From Amoebophrya sp. A120 (lineage: Eukaryota; Protista; Dinoflagellata), in the NCBI GenBank assembly GCA_905178155.1, contig CAJINV010000001.1, forward strand, positions 2,904,089 to 2,968,088: a DNA stretch of 64,000 nt, in the 5' to 3' direction. This document shows positions 56,112-64,000 of this stretch, one piece after another (within the stretch, counting starts at the first letter, position 1; every line of letters starts with the position of its first letter). A program made the position numbers and the translations under genes. The notes under the pieces are model-generated. The model saw nothing but the letters and a program-made list of their open reading frames with translations, made no database searches and was not told where the DNA came from.

Positions 56112-58136
56112 CTTCTTCACCTCCTTGATTCCGTGTTTCCTTCTTCACCTCCTTGAACAAGCGGTACCCGATATTCTGCGAAAATTTGTCACCGTCACCG
56201 TTTTGCCATGTTCATTTTTCAACCCAAAAAATTTGATTTTTTCCTGGTATCCCACGCATGCTCATGTCGATCAGTTGTTGCAAATGTGGCATGCGAGGCA
56301 TTACACTTGGAGCATGGTCGTGGCCCGGGTAGTTGAACGCAATCCAGAAGCGCCCCGGAATGGCTTCGCCGCCGTACAGACCGAAGACGCGGCGCGGGAG
56401 GGTGCGTTGCGAGGAGGCTGTCTTCTGGCGCGTAGGGGCCCGACCCTTGCTGGGGCGGGCTTCTGCATGGTGCGGCTTGCGATGTTGGGTTGCTCCTGGG
56501 AATGTCGGGCTCTTGTTACTCCTTGGCCAAAGGCCTCCGGCAAACGACCTCCACAACCCAGGAAAAAACAGCAAAATTTCGAGCAAATTTAACGACCACC
56601 CGGTGACACATCCCGGAAATTTTGCATTTTGCACGGTATGGTGGACTTTGAGAGCCCAAAATGGGAACCGGTGACAAATCCCGAATTATTTACATTTTGC
56701 AGGGTATGGTGGACGATTGCGCACGAGCCAAAAATTCTTGCGCTGCAAGAAATTTTGGGCAACGCGCAATCGTCCACCATACCGCCCAAAATGTAAAAAT
56801 ATCAGGATTTGTCACCGGTCGCGAATTTGGCTTGGAAACGTCCACCATACCGTGCAAAATGCAAAATTTCTGGGATTTGTCACCGGGTCATCGTCAAATT
56901 TGCTCAAAATTTCGCAGTTTTTTCTTGGGTTTTCGAGACCCTTTGCCGGAGGCCTTTGGTCCAGGAGTGATAGTCTCAAGAGATTCCCAGAAGCAACTCA
57001 GCATGACGCGCCGCACTATTCCGATCCTTCGCGGCCGGAACTCTGGTCGCTGAAGTGTCAGGAGACAGCCTCCCAGCTAGGGACCTTCTGGGGCCGCGGT
57101 TTTGGCTTGTATAACGGCAGCGCCGTTCTTGGATATGTCTGGACGGCCTTCAGCATGCTGGGTCAACATGCTTGGAATGCAGTCGTTGGATTGCCGCACC
57201 CGCAGCATTTGACAGAAATGGACACATATAGGAAATCAGGTAAAAGTCAAATTTTTTTGCTCAAAAAATGAACACGCCAAAACGGTGACGGTGACCTCCT
57301 TGAACAAGCGGTACCCCAGCGGCCGCTTGTTCTCCCCCGCTTGCACATCGTGTCCAATGTACAGGCAGAAATTATGGGAGTGTCAGGATTGAAATCGACA
57401 AAGTTGAAATAACTTGCAATGCATAAAATCGATACCAGTTGGAAGCGCAATTTCCAAGCGGCGCATGACAAATTTAGGCACCATCTAAATCCGGTTTGTC
57501 ATGCTGTTTACGGACAGAGGGCGTCTTTTGTCATGCTGCTTTAGCAGCTCTATCGCAGACCCCAACCACGCTGGCGGTCGGCTTCGCTTGCCATCCCTGC
57601 AAGAGAGGCACCTCAACATGCCTTGCAATTTATGTATGAGAAATTATTTCAACTTTGTCGATTTCGATCATGACGCTTCCATAGAAATTTTCAAAGTCGT
57701 AATCCGCCACATCCGTGTCAACTTCGTTCGCGCACAAGGCTTTCAGATTTTTCCACAAGTCCTCGTTGTGCCGCCCCGCGAAGTACAGCCAGAGGGTTTT
57801 GGGGAAAGTCGCGAAAAGATGCTTTTGCTTCTCCTCAACGCCGGACGGTTTCTGCTGTACTGCATTGCTGCCATCACTTTCTTGGCGCTCCACTGCTCGT
57901 GCTGTGGCTTTTTGCTTGTTCTTTGCCGGTGGAACACCTCCTGCCAGGAGATGCGGATTCGAATTTTTTTCAGCTGCGTCTTTTCCTCCTTCCCTGTCAC
58001 TGTTCCTTCCGGAGGTGTCGTCTGCTTGTCCAGGTCCTCCCGGGGAATCCGCTTCCTCGTCCGCAATGTCTTTTCCGTGCTTCAATTTGTGCCGGAAAGC
58101 CTCCAGCTGCTTCTTGTTGATACGCTTCGGCGCCAT
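56035..58136 (-). CDS. Chimeric X::Y gene (predicted 221 aa). Exons 58136-57684, 57367-57296, 56175-56035
   Basis: Removing the family E introner and a GT...AG intron (56176-57295) gives ...GYRLFKE|NIGYRLFKEVKKETRNQGGEEDEAFAEHFGMDAHAQEGRGSFTFTA-stop. Confidence 0.6.
56188..57295. mobile_element. 1.1-kb foldback (whole-length imperfect palindrome) element
   Basis: Ends GTCACCGTCACCGTTTTG / CAAAACGGTGACGGTGAC. Arms pair inward (GTATGGTGGACGATTGCGC / GCGCAATCGTCCACCATAC) to an apex TTCTTGC-GCT-GCAAGAA near 56742. Confidence 0.92.
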
Positions 58137-59685
58137 GGTGGGCCACAGATTTCTGGGCGGAAATGTGAGTGAGGTATTCGATATCTATTCGTCTTTCTCC
58201 TCACAGGAGCGTGAAGAGGTTGATCATGATGTTTCAGCTTATCGAGTCATCACTTCCTTGCGTTGCTACGCTTTCTGGCCAGCAGAAAATACATTCATTA
58301 CTATAGATACGTTGGTTTACAACTTTTATTTTCAGTCACAATAACCTCCCACTACTTGTTGTACTTACGTCTATCTGCAGTGGAGCTGGAAGCTGCAGAA
58401 TCTTCATCGGCAACACATTCCAAACACGAATAGTCACGAGGTAGGATCGTCGTGCTGTTAGCAGCCCCACGAACTGTGACATCAGATCGCTGTGGTCCTC
58501 GTTGCTTAACTCTTTCAAAATGATGTCGCAATATGTTGAACCAGCATGCTCGTCCGCGTCTGCGATCCGTTTGTCGAGAAGAAAAAACTAAAACGTAGTT
58601 AGTAGATCTTGTTGGATAGCCGCCACAAGGAAGTATACCAAGAGCAAGACGTTGTAAAGACGCTGAAGTAATGAAGCAATAGAAAGCGGATCTTTGCACT
58701 TTTCATCATGAAAAATATAGAACTCGTTTTACACAGTAATTATAGGATCCCTTCGCGGCCGAGATCTTCTTGACCATGCGGACTAAGACTGCCACCGATC
58801 TTCTGTACAACAGCGGGTCTCGTGATCCTTCGCGTGCATCACACTGCATCAAATAATTCATCCCCGCGAACAACGAAAAAACGCGTCCGAACACTTGCAA
58901 CCAGAGCGCAACAACGGCGAATCGTCTGGCCGGGGTGAAAATAACTGGACGTGGAGAATATAATTCTGAAAAGAAATCTATGAAAAACACAAAGAGCAAA
59001 AAGTCAAATCGTTCAAATAAAGTTGTCGTGTCAGCGGCATTTAGATGCCGTAGATATGAGAGTTTTGTTGGGGTAATTTCTGAACCGTCCAGTAATCGCC
59101 GGTTAATCTGTGCATCCATTTTTGGCATTGATATTCTAAATGCCTATGCCATTTGGCTATGTCAGTTTAATTTTAGAAAAAGCAAGCGACTTTCTATTCA
59201 TCTATACGGCTGATAGATTCCACTAGTATTGATCTTGATGTCACAGCACTCCAGGGAATTTCTATAGTTTTTCGCGTGACTCAAGGCTTTGAATACAGTC
59301 CGTCAAAGAAAAAGAAGAAGAGAATAAGGCTGATGATTCGGTGTGTTTAGAGTTTGAGTTTTATTTCGGTTTTTCATTCTACACGATGGCGATGGGCTAG
59401 GGCAAATTAAAGATCAAGATGATCATAAGATCATAAACATTGACATGTTCTGATTCTGAAAGAGTAAGACAGGAGGTGTGCTCTAGTGCTTCAATCAGGA
59501 CGGTTACTGTACTTACAGCAACCACAGGACAAGAGATTATCTGATAAGGGTGGTAGAGAGAAACGACTTTCAAAGCCATCGATACAGCACTTGTTCATTT
59601 CGTCTTGACTACGCCGTGAAGGTAAACGATCCGTGGCCTTCTTGAGCGTGTGCGTCCATGCCAAAGTGTTCGGCGAACGCTTCAT
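57296..59685. repeat. Tandem duplication copy 2
   Basis: Collinear with 53936-56111 apart from the extra introner at 57373-57683. Confidence 0.93.
57373..57683. mobile_element. TIR introner, family E
   Basis: ~40-bp TIR TATGGGAGTGTCAGGATTGAAATCGACAAAGTTGAAATAA and its inverse. Perfect TSD GAAAT. The paralogous site near 54020 has a single GAAAT. Confidence 0.95.
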
Positions 59686-62600
59686 GCATGGCGTCCAGGT
59701 CTAGCTCGGTCGAACTTCTTCCAACATCTTCTAGCGTAAAATTCACGTCGGAAATAGTGCCTGGCGCCGGTTCATCTGTGCCGGTCGTGTACGGAACATG
59801 AGCTCCTGTGGTGGAGATCCTCTGCGGTGCCGGGGGAAGCCGGTCGCGGCGCAGAGTGCTTCTCGAAGATGCAGCTGGAGCTGGAGCAGAAGTCGTCCCC
59901 CCAATTTCATCCGTCAGTATCACGGTTTCTCCATCTCCGTCCGATGGAGGATCGACGGTGGTATTAATGTCCGGAAGAGTTTGAAAGGCGCGGCGCTCGC
60001 CCGCGCTGGATAATGTGAAGCTTCCTTCGTAAGCGTAGGCCGGTGTAGTGGACGAAGATGATGACGCCGCCGCTGCGGCGGGTGCGGCGCTGGGTGTCGC
60101 GGCTCTCCTCTGGCTCGCCGTCCGCGTCGCAGAGCGTGAAGACCAGCGGCGGGCGCGCCGCTTGGAGGAGCTCGTGGTCGACGTGGTGCCGCCGCTTGCA
60201 TCAGAACGGTTCGTCAGAGGTGTTTCCCTTTCGACGATTCTGGGAGGTGGAATTTCGTGAAAGATTTGCCTGACTTCCCTACCACCGCTAGTACGTGGGT
60301 ATGGAGGGGTTTGTGAAGCTTGTGCACGACCCCACCTGTTGGGAACCACACTGGTGTTCGTACCAGCGTGTTGCCCCGGCGGCAGTTCGAATTCTCGCAG
60401 TGCGCTTTCGGGAACAATGGGATAGCCGGTATAAGCCGCGACTGGCGTCATCGCTTGTTGTGCCTCTTGCTCCCCGGTGATGTGTTGAACTCCGGTCGTC
60501 CCTTCTCCACCTTCGGCAACCGCTCGCGCCAGCAGCGCTCCGAAATAAGATGGGCCGCCGCGGCCGCTCGGGTGCGGCTGCCGCGTTGCCGGCGGACTTG
60601 GTCCTCTGGGTGGTGCAGCCGTGTCTCCCACAGAAAGCCCCCCGGATACGTCGCTCAGAGAGGGCGACGCTGCAGAGGAGCGCGAAGCGTCGGACCGCGT
60701 CGTCAACGCCGGTCCGACGGAGAACGTGGTCGTATCCACTGCCCCTTCCTCTCGAAGATGATCTTCCCCGGCCGCCGCGGCGGCGGAACAGGACATATCC
60801 GCGTCGACCTTGCTTCGCTGCCTCCTCGGCGAAGAGCAACGGGACCGCGCCGGCGAGGACGAGGGCACGGGCGAAGCCACGGACGACTCCGTCTCGGTGG
60901 GCGTTTCTGCCTGAGAGAGCGGCTGCCGCCGCAGCAGCAGCACTGGAAGATGATCCTTGCTGCATCAAGAAGGTCGGCGGGCCGAGGCCAAATTTCGAGG
61001 GCTTCTTCCTTTCCTCCACCTCCGCAAGCTGCACGGCGAACGGGTAGTGTTCTTGTTTCTGCGTTTTGAAGAACTCGTAGGAGATAGACGCGGTGGGGAC
61101 TAAAGCTTGTCCAGCAGAAGCTTCAGCCGTAGATTTGTTTCCCATCAAAACGTCGGCGGCGAAATTCTCGCTGTGCACGAAGGAACTGTGCGGCACCCGG
61201 AGACGCGCGTGGTGCAGCTCTTGCGTTACCGACACACCGGTCTCGCGCAAGTCGTAAAAATACGGGTCGTAGTCGTTGTCGTAAAACATGACGTGGTACA
61301 GTTCTTTCCCCTTTTTGTGCTTCCTGGTTGCATTCACCTCCTCCGCGATCCTCAAGACCCGGCAGGGCCGGAGGGTGTCGGTATCGGTAGGGATTGAGCC
61401 AGCACGGACTTTTTTGTGAACGCAGTACGGTGCAGCTGCTGCAAAAGGACCAGATGAAGATGAGGAGCTTGTTGCGCCACTAGTACTTCCATGAGCTCGA
61501 CACGACGCCGCCCGTCTGCGCGCGGCCTTGCTTGGCTTGCCCTGGGCGGCCTTCGCAACCATCTTCGCGGCCGTTTTCACGGCTTTAAACGCTTTCATTG
61601 GGGAACTGGTGACGGCTTTCTGAATTTTCGTCAGAGTAGACTTCTTTTTATCGTTTTCCAAATCCACGGCCTTGCACATGTACAGGGGCTCCACGTGAGC
61701 TTTCGGAAGCTTTCGCTTTTCCATCGCGTCACGCTGGAAAGCGACGAGCGTGTGCGTCAGCGGGAGTCGATCGTCGCGGAACACCATGCGCCGGGAGCAC
61801 TTCACCCAGTCGTGGTGCTCGCGCAAAATGTGTTCTTCAGCCCGCCAGCACCAAGAATCCATCGAAAGCTGCGCTTCCAGGGACAGAACCTGCAGCTCAA
61901 TTTCCCACGCCGCGCGCATAGCGTTCATGTGCATCGGCAGCACCCGCATGGTCAAATCCCACTCGGATTTTGGCGCGGCGGTCTCAGTGGCCGCTAGCTT
62001 TTTGCTCTTCTTTGCCGCGGTGCCTTTCTTGCCTTTACTGCTGGTTTTAAGAGCGCCAGATGTTGTAGGTGCGACGGGAGGCACGAAGGGAAGCGTTGCA
62101 TTGATGGGCTTTTTTGTGATTGGGTGCAGCTTCAGGCCGGGGTTACTGGTGCTTTCCAGCGTTCCCTCCGTGTTCATGATGGACTCCACGCATTCCTCGC
62201 AAAAGAGGGTCGGGTTCTGCTGGACGTTCAAGCCTTGGAACGGAATCTTCATGCTGGTTTGCACAGAACAAGCTTGATGCGGCTTGTTTTGTGCCTCAGC
62301 CTCTTGCGCAGTTCTCACGAGCTGCGCCGGCGCGCGATCCACGTCCTGCGACGGGTGCTGGAGCCAGGTTCTCGGAACGCCGTGATTGAGGTAAATGTCT
62401 CGCTCGGTGGACGGGGAGTTTCCGGATAGCCGCGCCCTGCTGTTGTCTTGCGTCGTGAGCAAAATGTGCATGAAGCGCTTGTGCGACATGCAGACCCCGC
62501 ACTGCGGCGTCTTGACGTGGCCGGACCTCGTGGTCAGCGCCACTAGCTCCTTGTGCTTGCGAATCATCTGCTGGCGCACCCACCACCGGAGCCAGGCCTG

Positions 62601-63923
62601 CGACATTTCGCTTTTAGTACCCTGCAGGGCCGGCTGGTCTTGAAATCTGATCCAGCGCATCGCCTCGTCTTTGGTTGGTAGTGCCCCCGAAGCTTCTTCT
62701 TCTTCCGTGACTGCGAAGGGAGCAAGACGGAGCCTGACCTGTCGCGGCATCATCATGCACGCGGTCGCAGGCTCGAAGTCACCGGGCAGCTTCGGGTAGT
62801 TTCCACCCTGGTCGAGGCGCCCCGTGGGATCGTAGAAAGGGATCGCCTGAACGAAAAAATTCCCCTCCGTCGCATCGAAAGCGGTTCTCCGCGTATAGAC
62901 ATCCCCTCCGGAAGATGCAGCCGCTGTTGCCCCTGATGTCGGAGCAACGGGCGACCCCGCTTTTGGCGGCATCGACGTGGTCCCGAAGCTGTGCTGTCTA
63001 CTACTAGGTGCACTGCCCCTTGAGCCGATCCGCGCGGGCGGTAGTGATCGAGCACGCGGCCTACTAGTCGTTACAGCTCTTCTCGCGGAGCTTCCACCAG
63101 CGTCAAAGGCCGTGCCACCTGCCCCGAGTGCAAATGCTTCCTCACCGGGCTCCCACACCCCTGCGCCGGCTTCAAGTTCCAAGCTTGCTGTTTCCGCTTC
63201 GGTAAATGGCAAAGTCTGCTTCTTGCGGTCACCGTTTTCCGGTTTCCGGAGCGGGTAGTAGGTCGTCAGAATTTCGGCGGCATCGTGGCCGTCGAGCAGT
63301 GTATACGCATCCCTCAGTCCCGGGTCGCTGGCCCGTCTCCGCGGAGTCAGAAGCCCAGCGCGGGCGGCTTGACGGGGCGGTGTTCGCTTGGTTGGAACCT
63401 GAACGGGCACTCGACCCACACCGTAGATCTCTGTGCACACGACACTGACAGAGAACCTGATCACCACCTCCTGTGCGTAATTCCTGCGGGCATTTTCCAG
63501 AGCCTGGAGTTTGTCTTTGTTTTTCTGATCCCGAGCCATTAGCACTTTATTCTGCACCGCCGCGACGTAATGCTCGCCCCCGGGAATGCCGTCAAAGCTA
63601 GGGGTAAAGCTGCTGTGGTCCGACGTCTCGAAAACGGATTTGCGTCCCTTCTGCAGCACGGCTGATTTGTTCATGATTCTCGTCGTTGTCCCTCCTGTAG
63701 AGAAATATTCATCTGTCGGTGCGTGGGAGAAAACTTTGAAGGTGTTCGCGACAGATTCCGTGTCAAGATTCGCGGCGAAGGGCTTCGTACGATAGAGCAA
63801 TTCCTGCCCCGGCCTGTTGTCCTTGTTCCGACCAGAATTTTTGTTCAAGTAGAGTTCCGCGTGATACCATAACGACAGAGAACTTCCGTTGGGAAACAAA
63901 AGGCAACGGCGGCCGGTAGTCAT
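59609..63923 (-). CDS. Large protein Y with an interrupted RING-like motif. Apparent frame change near 60910-60945; may begin upstream of the window
   Basis: Overlapping ORFs 60288-63923 and 59609-60943. CGVC...HQAC...FCEEC...HPITKKPI pattern and an S/P/T-rich tail. Confidence 0.6.
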
Positions 63924-64000
63924 CCAAAATGCTGCGGCTCGGCGCCTCGACGTTGTAACAGAGAGGAGGATTGTGCAGGAACAGGCTTTTCCAAGTGAAT

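Noticed and set aside
56068-57271. ORFs within the foldback element as a transposase
   Set aside because: They are short, mirrored on both strands because of the palindrome, and lack DDE or HUH motifs.
2066-63795. Numerous plus-strand ORFs, e.g. 2066-2962, 4552-5460, 47846-49372, 51906-52781
   Set aside because: They are antisense shadows of GC-rich minus-strand genes and show no domain motifs.

Overview
This is eukaryotic genomic DNA. The organism is inferred to be a Syndiniales/Amoebophrya-like dinoflagellate, based on the gene-dense layout, all ~19 supportable genes lying on the minus strand, non-canonical introns and a spliced-leader relic. Genes include an FAD-oxidase/methyltransferase fusion, a kinesin-14 with an N-terminal dynactin-p25-like beta-helix, a tandem paralog pair, katanin p60, PRCC, two poly(A) polymerases (one with six introns, one intronless), galactokinase, a large protein with a C-terminal HicA-like domain, GST, a WSC/Cys-repeat/C-type-lectin protein, a MOSC-ATL fusion and a RING-like protein. 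The main signal is seven transposon-like introns from five terminal-inverted-repeat (TIR) families. All run TAT...ATA, all sit between 5-bp target-site duplications (TSDs), all carry a shared GCATGACAA motif, and all restore the reading frame when the element plus one TSD copy is removed. One has an empty-site twin inside the window. A 1.1-kb palindromic element at a tandem-duplication junction also reads as a GT-AG intron, producing an in-frame chimeric gene. All splicing is inferred from reading-frame and motif restoration, not from RNA data.
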